Source: an uncultured Nitrospiraceae bacterium
GTDB taxonomy: Bacteria > Nitrospirota > Thermodesulfovibrionia > Thermodesulfovibrionales > Dissulfurispiraceae
Direction of reading: 5' to 3'
Assembly (NCBI GenBank): GCA_963727805.1
Contig: CAVSHF010000003.1
Span: 1,536,001-1,600,000 of the forward strand
Length of the DNA: 64,000 nucleotides
The translations under genes and the position numbers were made by a program. The notes under the pieces are model-generated. The model made no database searches. It was not told the DNA's origin and saw only the letters and a list, made by a program, of their open reading frames with translations. Below, piece after piece: positions 50,044 through 61,020 of this stretch (the stretch's first letter is position 1; each line of letters starts with the position of its first letter).

Positions 50044-51336
50044 CTAGGCACGGTAGATTATCCGGCCATCGCCGCGCACGACGTTCCGCGTATCAACAAC
50101 AGAAATGCCGAGCGAACCGAAATCAATGTTCCTGTATTCATCATGGGCCGTGGCAATCAGAATCAGGTCAAAGTCATGGCTAACCTCCACCGACCTCCGT
50201 CCAGCATAATGACCATATTCCCGTGACGGTCGAACAACAGGTATATACGGATCATTGTAGCTGACCTCGGCTCCCAGCTCTTCCAGCTTTTCCATCAGCC
50301 GGTAAGACGGGGACTCTCTATCGTCCTCCACGTTTGCCTTGTAAGCCAAACCGAGTATCAGGATGCGGGCGCCCTTGACCGCCTTGCCCTTGTCGTTTAG
50401 AGCCAGCATCACCTTGTTTACAACGTAATCGGGCGTTGCGGTGTTGATTTCCCCGGCCAGCTCGATGAAGCGTGTTTGGCACTCGAACTCACGGGCCTTC
50501 CACGTCAGGTAGAACGGGTCAATGGGAATGCAATGCCCGCCGAGCCCCGGTCCGGGGTAAAATGCCTGAAATCCAAAAGGCTTGGTCTTGGCCGCCTCTA
50601 TGACCTCCCAGATATCGATAGCCATCCGGTCGAAGAGGACCTTCAGTTCGTTCACCAGAGCTATGTTGACCGAACGATAGATGTTCTCAAGAAGTTTGGT
50701 TGCCTCGGCAACGCTGGGTGATGATACGGGTACTGTTCTTTCGACAATGCTTTCATAGAGTGCACTGGCCGCTTTCAGGCATTTAGGTGTGTAGCCGCCA
50801 ACGACCTTTGGGATATTTCGCACGCCGAACTTCCCATTGTTGGGGTCTTCACGCTCCGGCGAGAACGCCAGATAAAAGTCTCTACCGGCCCTAAGCCCGC
50901 TTTTTTCAAGAATAGCACGCAGTTCTCCGTCAGTCGTCCCCGGATATGTGGTGGACTCCAGGACAACAAGCTGTCCCCGGTGCAGTGTCGCGGCAATGCA
51001 GCTGCCGGAGTTGAATACATAAGTCATGTCTGGCTCCCGGTTTTTGTTCAACGGTGTCGGAACGCATATCAGGATGCAGTCCATTTCACCAAGCAGGTCA
51101 AAATCAGTCGTAGCACGAAAGCCGTCTTCAAGAGCCGTCACCAGTGCAGATGTATCGATATGCCTGATATAACTTGTACCCTGATTAAGGAGTACCACCT
51201 TGGACTCGTCGATGTCGAAGCCCATAACCGGGAAACCGGCCCTGCAAAACTCTATGACAAGGGGAAGGCCCACGTAGCCTAATCCGATGACACCGATACG
51301 GGCCTCTTTCATTCTGATTATTTCAAGAATAGCCAT
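50044..51336 (-). CDS. UDP-GlcNAc / nucleotide-sugar 6-dehydrogenase (WbpA/WecC family)
   Basis: GLGYVGLP, CVPTP, LESTTYPGTT, SPEREDP, GPGLGGHC; start approximate. Confidence 0.92.
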   Translation of the reverse strand: MAILEIIRMKEARIGVIGLGYVGLPLVIEFCRAGFPVMGFDIDESKVVLLNQGTSYIRHIDTSALVTALEDGFRATTDFDLLGEMDCILICVPTPLNKNREPDMTYVFNSGSCIAATLHRGQLVVLESTTYPGTTDGELRAILEKSGLRAGRDFYLAFSPEREDPNNGKFGVRNIPKVVGGYTPKCLKAASALYESIVERTVPVSSPSVAEATKLLENIYRSVNIALVNELKVLFDRMAIDIWEVIEAAKTKPFGFQAFYPGPGLGGHCIPIDPFYLTWKAREFECQTRFIELAGEINTATPDYVVNKVMLALNDKGKAVKGARILILGLAYKANVEDDRESPSYRLMEKLEELGAEVSYNDPYIPVVRPSREYGHYAGRRSVEVSHDFDLILIATAHDEYRNIDFGSLGISVVDTRNVVRGDGRIIYRA

Positions 51337-51431
51337 GCCTGAAAACGCCTCCAAATAAGTAGTTAGCGCTGATATTTTTCTTAGACGGCTCTTCATAACT
51401 GTTTTCATTAGATGTAAATATTGATGCTTGT

Positions 51432-53030
51432 CTATCGGGGGATAAACTCATTCAAAGTCGGTATGATGTCTTTGATAAAAACCTGCAGTCTTCGGTCGGC
51501 ATCGTCGACCTTTTCAGCGGAAGACATAGGGGTAATAATCCTGACCAGCGCCCCGTCCGTTCTTTTTCTCAGCAATGCATCCCACACGTTATAAATCTTC
51601 ATTTCATAAGCATTCGTCAGGACACGTCCGCGCTGATCGTACCAGAAGTATACCAATTGCCTGCTTTCCCCCTTTTCCATCAGGGCACGCATTACCGTCA
51701 CAGGCAACACACTTTTCCCTGACAACGAGATATTGGTCGTTCCGGCCTGCCTAAATATCCAGCCGCTTCCGGGCAGGCAGGTTTCCGGAGAATGGATCGA
51801 CTTACCCTTCCGCTGACTTGCATAGTACGCCACATAAACATTTATAGGCGGACTGTCAGGTTTAGAATAGTTGATGGAGGTATAATCGGTGAATTCAAGG
51901 GCATCGATAAATTCCTGCTCCAGGAACTGGCGTTTTCCTTCCCATGCTCCTACGACAAGCGGGAATTTGCTGAAGGGTCGGCTAATGGGCGTTTTTTCCC
52001 CGAAATCGACGAAAGAATGTATCGTAAGAGTAGCCACCAACAGGACAATTGCGACTATGGCCTGGGGTTGTGAAAATTTCATGTCGACATTCCTAGCTTC
52101 AGTTCTCAAATCATCTTTCTTCAGGTGTTCCGACTCTTCATTATCGCCGCCTTTGGCAGTCCCTTTCTTTTTCAGAAAACTTTCATCAGGTCGTGGCATA
52201 ATTTTGCTCAAAACCCATATCTCAGCCATTAGGATCGCGAAAGATACCATAAAAATGGCCCAACCCGAAAAATCATGAAAGAAACCCTCCGCTGCAGCAC
52301 GGCCGACCGCCTGATAGAGAAACGCCGTCAATGCAATGCGGAGCCCATTGGTCACGATAGATAAAGGAATCGACGACAAGACGATGATGATTTTTTTCCA
52401 ATATACTGCACGGTATAAATAGGCCATCAGGACGGCCATTAAGAAAAGCGGGATTAGATAACGAAGTCCACTGCATGCGTCAACAACCTGTAGTTGCGTA
52501 AACCCCAAATCTATAATGTTTCCTTCGCGGTAGCCCGACATCCCAAAAAGTTGAATCATTTTGATGCCGAGTTCTGATGAGACCAGCTTCAGGTTGAACG
52601 TAAGCTTTGTATTTAAAAAGTGAGGCAGCGGAAAGAGAAAAAGAGCGACAAAAAGCGGAAATGCCATGGTCCTTAATTTTATCCATCCCGTATGCAGCCA
52701 CAATAACCCCGCGACGACGAGCCATGAAGAAATATAAATGGAGTAAAATTCGCCAGCCAGCTCGCCGCCCCAGTATAAGAGGATGCCGGGAAGCAACAGA
52801 AGCAGTCCGCTCCAGGATGGAACCGAAGTCTCCTTCATCCATTTGTTCCTCTTCTCCCAGATCAGGTAAAGAACGACAAACGGAATGAGATAGCAATAAT
52901 TATAATCCTCTCTTGACCAATCATGCCCTATCAGCCACTCATAAGAAGAAAAATACATTACTGAAAGCAGCAGCCCATAAACAGCGGTGTACAACGCTGC
53001 TTCCGACTGCGCCATCGACTTTATTTGCAC
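51432..53030 (-). CDS. xrtD: Exosortase (EpsH plus EpsI fusion), XrtD/VPLPA-CTERM type
   Basis: Catalytic Cys (VVDACSGLRY), Arg (NGLRI), His (FFHDFSG); EpsI motif IHSPETCLPGSGW; probable GTG start 53030. Confidence 0.85.
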   Translation of the reverse strand: MQIKSMAQSEAALYTAVYGLLLSVMYFSSYEWLIGHDWSREDYNYCYLIPFVVLYLIWEKRNKWMKETSVPSWSGLLLLLPGILLYWGGELAGEFYSIYISSWLVVAGLLWLHTGWIKLRTMAFPLFVALFLFPLPHFLNTKLTFNLKLVSSELGIKMIQLFGMSGYREGNIIDLGFTQLQVVDACSGLRYLIPLFLMAVLMAYLYRAVYWKKIIIVLSSIPLSIVTNGLRIALTAFLYQAVGRAAAEGFFHDFSGWAIFMVSFAILMAEIWVLSKIMPRPDESFLKKKGTAKGGDNEESEHLKKDDLRTEARNVDMKFSQPQAIVAIVLLVATLTIHSFVDFGEKTPISRPFSKFPLVVGAWEGKRQFLEQEFIDALEFTDYTSINYSKPDSPPINVYVAYYASQRKGKSIHSPETCLPGSGWIFRQAGTTNISLSGKSVLPVTVMRALMEKGESRQLVYFWYDQRGRVLTNAYEMKIYNVWDALLRKRTDGALVRIITPMSSAEKVDDADRRLQVFIKDIIPTLNEFIPR

Positions 53031-54151
53031 TGTTCTCCCCCTCTCGCCCCTTTCGGATGCTGGGATACCGGACCGGCCAGGACAGACCAAATGCGTTCAG
53101 CGGCGCGGCCGTCCCATTTTGACGGGGCGGAATAATTTACTGTTTTTTCCGGAATGGATTGGTATGCGCTCAAGATGCCTTCCTTTTTTGTACCAGCAAG
53201 AATATTCGTACCCGAGGTTAACGTAATCGGGCGCTCCGTATTTTGGCGAATTGTAATGCATGGAACACCAAGAGCGGTTGTCTCCTCCTGAAGTCCTCCG
53301 CTGTCAGTCATAACCGCCCGCGCATCCTTCCACAAGAATAAAGACTCCCGGAAACCCAGCGGCGGCAGAAGAATGACATTCTCAGAAAAGTTGATGTTGA
53401 AATAATCGATCATTTTCTTCGTGCGCGGATGGACTGGAAAAATAATCGGCTGTTTGACGGCAATCTCATTCAATGCAGAAGTAATACCCTGGAATATTTC
53501 TCTATTGTCTACGTTGGAAGGCCTGTGTAAAGTCAAAAATATATATGGATTTTTCTCTTTCTTCAATCTGCAAACTGAATATTGCTCAGGGTTTTCGGAC
53601 TTGAGAATCTCAAGTTGATGGAAGAGGTTATCGACCATTACGTTGCCTACAAAATGAATTCGCTCGGCAGGCTTCCCTTCATGGATTAAATTTTCGGTAC
53701 CGCTCTCCTCGGTGACGAAGAAACAGTCCGTTATGCTATCTGTCACCATGCGGTTAATCTCTTCAGGCATACAAAGATCGAAACTTCTCAGCCCCGCTTC
53801 GACGTGGGCCACTTTGATCATGAGTTTCTTAGCCGTAATACTGCAGGCTATCGTGGAATTTACATCTCCAACGACTATGACCCAGTCCGGCCTTTCCCGT
53901 AAACATACCTCCTCGAAGGCAACCATGATCTTTGCGGTCTGAACGGCATGAGAGCCCGAACCGGCTTCAAGGAAAAAATCCGGATGCGCAATTTCCAAAT
54001 CTTCAAAAAAAGATGAAGACATTTCATAATCATAATGCTGCCCGGTATGCACGATCCGGCAGTCCAAACCCTCAATTTGTTTTGCGGCCCTGTGGATCGG
54101 CGCTATTTTCATGAAGTTCGGACGGGCACCCGCAATCAGCAGTACCTTCAT
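53021..54151 (-). CDS. wecB: UDP-GlcNAc 2-epimerase (non-hydrolysing)
   Basis: GARPNFMK, HTGQHY, HVEAGLRS, TDSGGLQEE. Confidence 0.95.
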   Translation of the reverse strand: MKVLLIAGARPNFMKIAPIHRAAKQIEGLDCRIVHTGQHYDYEMSSSFFEDLEIAHPDFFLEAGSGSHAVQTAKIMVAFEEVCLRERPDWVIVVGDVNSTIACSITAKKLMIKVAHVEAGLRSFDLCMPEEINRMVTDSITDCFFVTEESGTENLIHEGKPAERIHFVGNVMVDNLFHQLEILKSENPEQYSVCRLKKEKNPYIFLTLHRPSNVDNREIFQGITSALNEIAVKQPIIFPVHPRTKKMIDYFNINFSENVILLPPLGFRESLFLWKDARAVMTDSGGLQEETTALGVPCITIRQNTERPITLTSGTNILAGTKKEGILSAYQSIPEKTVNYSAPSKWDGRAAERIWSVLAGPVSQHPKGARGGEQCK

Positions 54152-54912
54152 ATCGTCTTACTCCGCAAGCCGCTCATATAGCTAAGTTTGGCTGAGAGAA
54201 CCAATATCGCAAACAGAGGCAGCCATTTCTGTCTTTTGATCCTTTTGGGTTCTGCAAGAAGTCTGTAAAGCCATTCTGCCCAGTACTTACGCCAAATCGC
54301 CGGTGCACGCTTGACCGTCCCGCCTATCGTGTCCAATGTGCCGCCAATGCCCTGGACGACTCTCACATGCTCAAGGGCAGCCTTATGTTCCGCGAACCAT
54401 TTTTCCTGTTTTGGCGAACCCAGGGCGACAAAGAGAATTTCCGCCCGCGATTCGTTGATCTGCCTGATCAGTTGCGGCATTTCAGCTTTGCCGACATACC
54501 CGTTCGCCCTGCCCACAATTAAAAGCCGCGGATACCGTGCCGCAAGTATCTCTGCCGATTTTCTATTGACATCCTCGCTTGCCCCGTATACAAATATCCG
54601 GTAACCTTCTTTCTCGGCCAGACCGCATATGTCAAATATAAATTCCGACCCTGGAACCCGTTCTAGTTTGGCGCTTTGCAGGATTCTGGCAGCCAGTACC
54701 ATCCCTATACCATCTGGAAGCAGGAGATCCGCGTCTCTGAATACATCGTAAAGCTCGGGATCTTTCGGCACGGAAAAGTTCTTTTCGGGATTTGATGCAA
54801 ATACGGAATTCGGCCGGTTTCCATCTTTAAGAAAATCCCTGACTCGCCCGATTGCTTCATCGCGGGTCACAGGATCAACCCATATATCCAGGATTCTAAG
54901 TCTTTCTTTCAT
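54148..54912 (-). CDS. WecG/TagA/CpsF-family glycosyltransferase
   Basis: NPEK, PDGIG, RVPG, ALGSPKQEKW, GIGG, EWLYRL..EPKR. Confidence 0.92.
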   Translation of the reverse strand: MKERLRILDIWVDPVTRDEAIGRVRDFLKDGNRPNSVFASNPEKNFSVPKDPELYDVFRDADLLLPDGIGMVLAARILQSAKLERVPGSEFIFDICGLAEKEGYRIFVYGASEDVNRKSAEILAARYPRLLIVGRANGYVGKAEMPQLIRQINESRAEILFVALGSPKQEKWFAEHKAALEHVRVVQGIGGTLDTIGGTVKRAPAIWRKYWAEWLYRLLAEPKRIKRQKWLPLFAILVLSAKLSYMSGLRSKTI

Positions 54913-56718
54913 AGCAATGACCTCTTTGCCAGAAGTTCCTGCACATGCTTTGGCTTGTTAATGCTTATGGCAGTCAAGAACGAGACATCATTGGGATATC
55001 CTCTTTTACTATGACTCAGAACACCGCTCTTGACCCTGACGCCATAAGACGGGGAATACCAGCCAAACAATGGATGCTCACACCCGGAAAAATAATTGAA
55101 ACTTGAATCTTCGAGAAGCCGGAGATATACCTGCGCATCCTTATGGTCTATCAACCACGATCCATCTGCTTGTTCCGCAGTCATTGCATGTGGGTGCAGA
55201 TGATAATTCAGCTCAAAATCGTGCAGGCCGTTTCCGTCAAAACTGTCCCGTATTAAGAAAAGGTCCCCCTCGGAAAAAAAGATTTTCCGGATATGTTTGA
55301 CGGGATCTCTCAGACGCCCATATCCGTTATGGGAACCCTCCAATACAAGACCTTCATCCAATCTGGTAGCCCCCGAAAGGCAGGCTGTGTAGGGGCAGCG
55401 CCAAATAACTTCCGTTTCCTGCACCGCCTGATCCTCTTTGTCTATGTTTACCGTATTGTGTGCCCGCGTGCCCTTGAAATATCTTCTGAACTCGGACACA
55501 CCATTATAACGGTAGGTTCCCGGGTCCGCGAGCAGCAAGTTGCCGTTTACAGAAAGTGTTACCGACAGCGCATCGGCGTGTCCGTGATTGTAAAGGGGTG
55601 ACATGCCCAACGGGCCGTGATCAAACGTAAAAAGGATCTCTGGGCTCCTGATGACAGTATATCCAGCCTCCGGAAAGCTTTTATACATGATGGCACCAAG
55701 TTTCATAATACATACGCGGATGAATACCTGGAGCTACGGCCATGCCGTCATCGCTGTCGCCGATGGCTGGTAATTGGCCACGGTCGTCACGGAAAGCCTC
55801 CAGGAATTGCTCTCCAAGAATAAGGCGCGGTATAAAATCTTTACATTCGTAGATCCCGTTCTTTTTTAGGAACCCGACAGCCAGCCAGTACAGATCAAGC
55901 ACGAACCGGTGATACGTCAATGACTGTTCTGCCGGACCTCCGTCATTGAGGATTTGGTGAGGGAGTTCATCGGACAACAACTTAAGTCCCCTGCTTATCC
56001 AGTTACGGCCGGCGGACACAGAACGAAAGATGCTTCCAGCAAAGATAAGGCCTATGCATTCACAAATAGTGTGGTTACCCAATGACGAGTAAAGGGACAA
56101 GCGGTTTGCAACCAACCAGGCATGCCTGTAAAGCGTTTCGAGAATCTCCAGGCGCTGCTCGGCTGCCAGGTCATTAAGGATTTTCAAGGCATAAAAAAAT
56201 ACAGGAATCCTCAAGCCGCATTCCATCGCTGACATGTAGTGCGGACCTGACAAAAACGGATTGTTTCGCACCCACTGAAAAAGCGTCTTTTGGGCTGCAC
56301 CTCGTGCGCTCTTTGAAGCAGGGCAGAAAAGCATTGCCGTGACATGCTGAAGCCTCGCCGGCTCCCAAACAGTCCGGATATCCGGAGATAAAGAGCTGCA
56401 TCTGATGTCGCCAAAATATTTTCCACGCGTCTCCTTTTCAAAATGATCGATGGCCTCTCTATCTCCTCCAATTGTAAAAACATCTCCAGCGAAAAGCTTT
56501 TGCAGCACACTGTCATCTATGTAGAAAGAAAAATCCGGCAATTGAAGCCGCTCAATTTCCCGCGCATCGATTCTCGGCACATCGATTAAATGTTTGTTGG
56601 CAAAAGCACGCCTCATTTGTGCAATGAGTATACTTTGACGCACCCTGTATGCAACTTCGCAAACAGACGCCCTGCGTATGCGCAACAAATAAGATTTCAG
56701 ATTCCTACCTGGTAACAT
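54909..56718 (-). pseudogene. Heparinase II/III-family protein split into two overlapping frames (55681-56718 and 54909-55706)
   Basis: N-half DIRTVWE.ARLQH, GNH, DGGPAEQS..YH, IGDSDDG; C-half HGHADALS, DPGTYRY, TRAHNTV. Confidence 0.7.
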
Positions 56719-56722
56719 CTGT

Positions 56723-58930
56723 TCAGATGACTACAGTTTCAGATTGAATAATACGGTCTGTCGAGAACGTCGATGAAGGTTGTAATAGCACTATACTTTT
56801 CCCAGTTCGAAGTGATTCTAATACGGCAAAGGTGACTCGTGAGGTGCTGTGCAATTCCACAAACGGGATAAGCTCCGATTTCCCGCTCATGACGACATCA
56901 ATGAAAAGACGGATTTCATTATTCTGCCCTTTGTCCTGGGACAACAGCTTCCTCTCTTTTTTCTTCCCTCGTGCATAAATGGAAAGTGTCCGAAAATCGT
57001 CGAGGACTGAGGTCGTTCCATTGGAGAAGACTTCAACCCGCTCTTTAGGCATACTTTTGTCCCCATTGGCAAAATAGGAAATCGTGCCGATCGAACCATT
57101 TTCATAGGTTAGGGTTATCACAAGTGTGTCATCCAGATTGCCTGCTGCCCTCATCGAAGCGGCATACACGGATACCGGCAAAGACCCGTTAAGATATGTA
57201 AGGAAATCGACAAAATGACATACCTCACCGATTATCCGGCCGCCTCCCGTTTGCATATCCTGTATCCATGAATCGGCCGGTATGGCGCCGGCATTGACCC
57301 GGTAGAGGATTGACATGGGGGACATACCAAGCTCCCGCTTCAGCACCACGGCGAGCGGAGCAAAACGCCTGTTGAATCCGACGACGAGCAGTGATGGGGT
57401 GTTTGCGGATGTATAAACGTCCGTGATTTCATGCAGTTCATCTTCGGTCAGGCATAGGGGCTTCTCTACAAAAACATGCTTGCCCTCCTTCAGGGCCTTC
57501 ACCACAAACCCCGCGTGTGAATCGTGTCTGGAAGCCACAAAGACTGTACTTATCTCAGGGTTTTCCAGGATATCCAGAGCATTCGTTGAACACATTTCAA
57601 AACCGAATCGGTCCCCTACCGATCTTGCCGTGACGCCAGTGGTCGTCACTACACCCTTAAGTGAAATACGCGGGTCTTTCGGTATGTTGGGCAGCAGGTG
57701 GCTTTGTGCGTAGGAGCCCGCACCGATAAAACCAATGCCAATCGAGACCGGTGCATTGCGGTCAGTCCGCGGTTTCAGTGTGATCTTTGCCCGGCTAAAA
57801 TCGCTACCCTTATCATATTCGATAAGCATGCCTATATAGAATTCTGACTTGGACATCATCATTTCATAAGCATTGGCTGCTAAATCCAATTTAAACATAT
57901 GGGTGGTCAGGTACCCGACATCTATCTTTTTTGAATATATCAATTCCTGGAAGGCTTCCATGTTGCGCTGTTCCGTCCATCGTACATAAGCCGCAGGATA
58001 ATCAATTCCTTTGTCCTCATACTGCGGATCATAGCGCCCCGGACCGTACGAGCATGACATTTTTACCTGCAACTCTTTCCTGTAAAAGTATGGATCGCGA
58101 TCAAATCCTGTGGGCACTGCGCCGACGATGACAATCGTACCTCTTTTTCGCACGATTGCGCCTGCGAAGTTTATAGGGTCGAGGGTATTTGAGGCAGCCG
58201 TTATGATTACAGAGTCGCATCCAATCCCTCTGGTGAACTGGGATATTGTATTTTCAATGCCTTCAGTATTTCTAAGCAAGGCAAGATCTGCACAGTTTCT
58301 TTCAGCGATTTCTACCATTACGGGATCGATATCGATGCCGATGACCCTGACGCCCGCTGCCCGCAAAAGCAGCGATGAAAGTTGTCCCAGGAGTCCAAGT
58401 CCGACAACTGCACAAGTTTCCCCGAGCCTGATGTCGGCCTGTCTTACCCCTTGAATGGCAATCGCCCCCAGTGTATTGTATACCGCCTGCTTGAGATCAG
58501 TTCCATGATTCAGCTTGACGCTCAGGTTAACCGGTACACTCACGATCTCGGCATGTGCGGCGCTGAGGCCGCCGCATGCAACCATATCTCCCGGCACCAA
58601 ACCACTTACATCGGCAGCAACTTCTATGACCTCGCCCGCGCACGAATACCCTAAAGGAGAGTAAGCATCCAATTTCTTCATAACAGCGCGGTAGGTTTGG
58701 ACTGGTCCCTGCGTTTTGAGTGTATCAAGGACCTGTTTGACTTGCTGGGGGCGTTCCTTCGCTTTGCCAATAAGACTCTTTCTCGCTGCCTGCACAGTAC
58801 TGCCTTCGGTTCCGGCACTGATCAGAGAATAGTGGTTCCTGACCATTATATGCCCTTTTGACAAAACTGGTACTGGCACTTCCAATATTTCCATTTTCCC
58901 GTCCATTAACCGTTGCGTCAGCTGATTCAT
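56723..58930 (-). CDS. Bi-domain oxidoreductase (Zn-ADH plus Gfo/Idh/MocA) of polysaccharide loci
   Basis: SLISAGTE, LGYSCAG, GLGLLG, SYGPGRYD; GFIGAGSY, VFVEKP, VGFNRRF. Confidence 0.9.
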   Translation of the reverse strand: MNQLTQRLMDGKMEILEVPVPVLSKGHIMVRNHYSLISAGTEGSTVQAARKSLIGKAKERPQQVKQVLDTLKTQGPVQTYRAVMKKLDAYSPLGYSCAGEVIEVAADVSGLVPGDMVACGGLSAAHAEIVSVPVNLSVKLNHGTDLKQAVYNTLGAIAIQGVRQADIRLGETCAVVGLGLLGQLSSLLLRAAGVRVIGIDIDPVMVEIAERNCADLALLRNTEGIENTISQFTRGIGCDSVIITAASNTLDPINFAGAIVRKRGTIVIVGAVPTGFDRDPYFYRKELQVKMSCSYGPGRYDPQYEDKGIDYPAAYVRWTEQRNMEAFQELIYSKKIDVGYLTTHMFKLDLAANAYEMMMSKSEFYIGMLIEYDKGSDFSRAKITLKPRTDRNAPVSIGIGFIGAGSYAQSHLLPNIPKDPRISLKGVVTTTGVTARSVGDRFGFEMCSTNALDILENPEISTVFVASRHDSHAGFVVKALKEGKHVFVEKPLCLTEDELHEITDVYTSANTPSLLVVGFNRRFAPLAVVLKRELGMSPMSILYRVNAGAIPADSWIQDMQTGGGRIIGEVCHFVDFLTYLNGSLPVSVYAASMRAAGNLDDTLVITLTYENGSIGTISYFANGDKSMPKERVEVFSNGTTSVLDDFRTLSIYARGKKKERKLLSQDKGQNNEIRLFIDVVMSGKSELIPFVELHSTSRVTFAVLESLRTGKSIVLLQPSSTFSTDRIIQSETVVI

Positions 58931-58944
58931 AAGCGGCTCCCTGA

Positions 58945-59622
58945 TTAATCCTTCCCTGAAAAAAAGGAATACAAATAAAACCAGACTATCTTTGCAAATT
59001 CCAGCATCATCGGACGTATGTCCGCCCTGTCTATATGCCCCATATCAGTCATTCCGGGTTCATAGCTCGTCGGAACGTACGAAATATAGCGGGCTTGCTC
59101 GCCAAAGGTTCTCTCGCAAATCATTTTGATCCGCTTCATATGATATGGAGAACTGACCATAATGGCGGATTTCAATTTTAGGGCGTTAATCATTTTTTCA
59201 GCATATAAGACTTCAAGGTGTGTTTTTTCATAGTACCTGGGATACCCCTCCGCGCCACTTGAGGATGTATTTTTAATGACATCAGAGAGTTGAGGAGAGA
59301 TGCCCCCGGTTGAAATAACCTGCTGCAGGCCAGGCATAATGAGGAACCTGGCGTAGCCTTCATTAAAAAGAAAATAGGCCTCTTTTTCCCTGGCTGCTGG
59401 GTTGGGACCTAAAAAAAGAATGATTGCATCAGACTTAACCGGTTTGTCGGCACAAGCAAGGAAGCGGGGGACATAATACACACCAGTCATCATCAGAAGT
59501 AGGACTAAAGCAAATAGTACGGCCATCGACTTATTTCTTACATCCATATGCCATTGTTCAGTCTTGTCTGAAGCAGCCAGAGAGACCGAGTTCTTGTTTT
59601 GCAGCACACTCACGTTAGTCAC
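58945..59622 (-). CDS. YdcF/DUF218-family membrane protein
   Basis: TM helix, KSDAII..G, T..E, VSSPYHMKR, EFAKI; start uncertain. Confidence 0.8.
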   Translation of the reverse strand: MTNVSVLQNKNSVSLAASDKTEQWHMDVRNKSMAVLFALVLLLMMTGVYYVPRFLACADKPVKSDAIILFLGPNPAAREKEAYFLFNEGYARFLIMPGLQQVISTGGISPQLSDVIKNTSSSGAEGYPRYYEKTHLEVLYAEKMINALKLKSAIMVSSPYHMKRIKMICERTFGEQARYISYVPTSYEPGMTDMGHIDRADIRPMMLEFAKIVWFYLYSFFSGKD

Positions 59623-60010
59623 ATCCCTTTCCTATACCGATGATTTGAGACCTCCAACTATTCGACCGTCACTGATTTGGCCAGATTGTGCGGCTGGTCC
59701 ATGTCACTCCCTTTAAGGACCGCGATATTCCAGCTTCTCCAGACCGCCAAAGATTATCGGTGATGCCTCTCGCTGTCTTATATAGCCTGCGATGCCACAC
59801 ATAGTGCGTTCTCCTTTGATTATTGCCGGATCCCGCTCCAGCGTGAAAGACAGGTATTGTAAGAGTAATGGTGACTTAAAAAGGTTATAGCTCCGCTCTC
59901 TGAGCTACATGGTCCCTTTTCTTATGAACGACCTATGTAATTCACCAGTTACTCCGGTATGATTTGACTTGCTTCAGGCTTCGATATGACCCGGGCGGAA
60001 GCGGTCGGTA

Positions 60011-61018
60011 CTACTTAGCCGCTTTGATCTCTTCGTTCAGCAGGATTTCCACTGCGGCTTTTTCCCGGAGCTTTTTGGCCTGGACGTCTGCTGCCTGCCT
60101 TGCTTGTTCCTGCATCAAGTACTGCCGTATACGCTCTTTGACACTTTCATATGCCAGAATACTCGCCGGCTTTATATCGACCACTTTGAACAAATGATAC
60201 CCATAGTCCGTCTCAACAATCCCACTTATCTCTCCTGATTTCAAACTCAAGACTACACTTTCCAGTTGCTTGTCTAGTTGTCCCGATTTAATATATCCCA
60301 AGTCACCGCCGTTAGTTCTGGTGGGTCCATCAGATCGCTCCCGGGCGAGGGCAGCGAAATCCTGGCCATTCTTCAGGTCCTTTAAAATCTGTTCAACCTT
60401 CCGATGCGCCTCCTGCTTATGGCTTGCATCTGATTTGGGATCTAACTGAACAAGAATGTGGCTGGCCCTAACCTCTAACGGGTGTTTAAAAAGGTCTACA
60501 TGCCCCTCATAATAAGAAACCATATCATTGTCCGTAACAGCCGTCTTTGAAGCAAATTGCCTCTCAATGTACTGCTGCACTGAACTATTCTTTTCCAATC
60601 GGGAGCGCAAGATCTCCTCGGAGATATTCCTCCTTTTCAGATCATTTGTATATTCCGACTCGCTCGCAAACTGTTGCTTTAACGCTTTAATCTCCTGTTC
60701 CACAGCTTTTTCATCGGGCTTAATCCCCGATTTGCGGCTTTCCTGATACAGGAGCTCAACGCGCACCATACTTTCTAGCACTTCATTCTGAATAGACGTT
60801 ACCTGCCTACATGACAGTGGCTTCCCCAACCCCAGGAGTTTCGTCTGTATCATCAGCACATTTCCTTCGAATTCTCCACGGGTAATTGGCGTTCCGTTTA
60901 CTATTGCAACCTTGTCAGACGCCTCGGTTTGCTTCACTTCGCCCTGGACCGGTATTACCATGACCATAAGGCAGACAACCATTATCAAAAAATATAGAGA
61001 CAAAACTTTACCCATCAT
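60011..61018 (-). CDS. SurA/PrsA-like parvulin peptidyl-prolyl isomerase
   Basis: VAIVNG, RASHILV, FAALARERSD, GGDLG, ETDYGYHLFKV. Confidence 0.92.
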   Translation of the reverse strand: MMGKVLSLYFLIMVVCLMVMVIPVQGEVKQTEASDKVAIVNGTPITRGEFEGNVLMIQTKLLGLGKPLSCRQVTSIQNEVLESMVRVELLYQESRKSGIKPDEKAVEQEIKALKQQFASESEYTNDLKRRNISEEILRSRLEKNSSVQQYIERQFASKTAVTDNDMVSYYEGHVDLFKHPLEVRASHILVQLDPKSDASHKQEAHRKVEQILKDLKNGQDFAALARERSDGPTRTNGGDLGYIKSGQLDKQLESVVLSLKSGEISGIVETDYGYHLFKVVDIKPASILAYESVKERIRQYLMQEQARQAADVQAKKLREKAAVEILLNEEIKAAK

Positions 61019-61020
61019 TA

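Noticed and set aside
59856..59890. TACAAT plus GTCA on the minus strand upstream of the ydcF/EPS genes
   Set aside because: Single core, 10-nt spacer, no 11-bp periodic partners.
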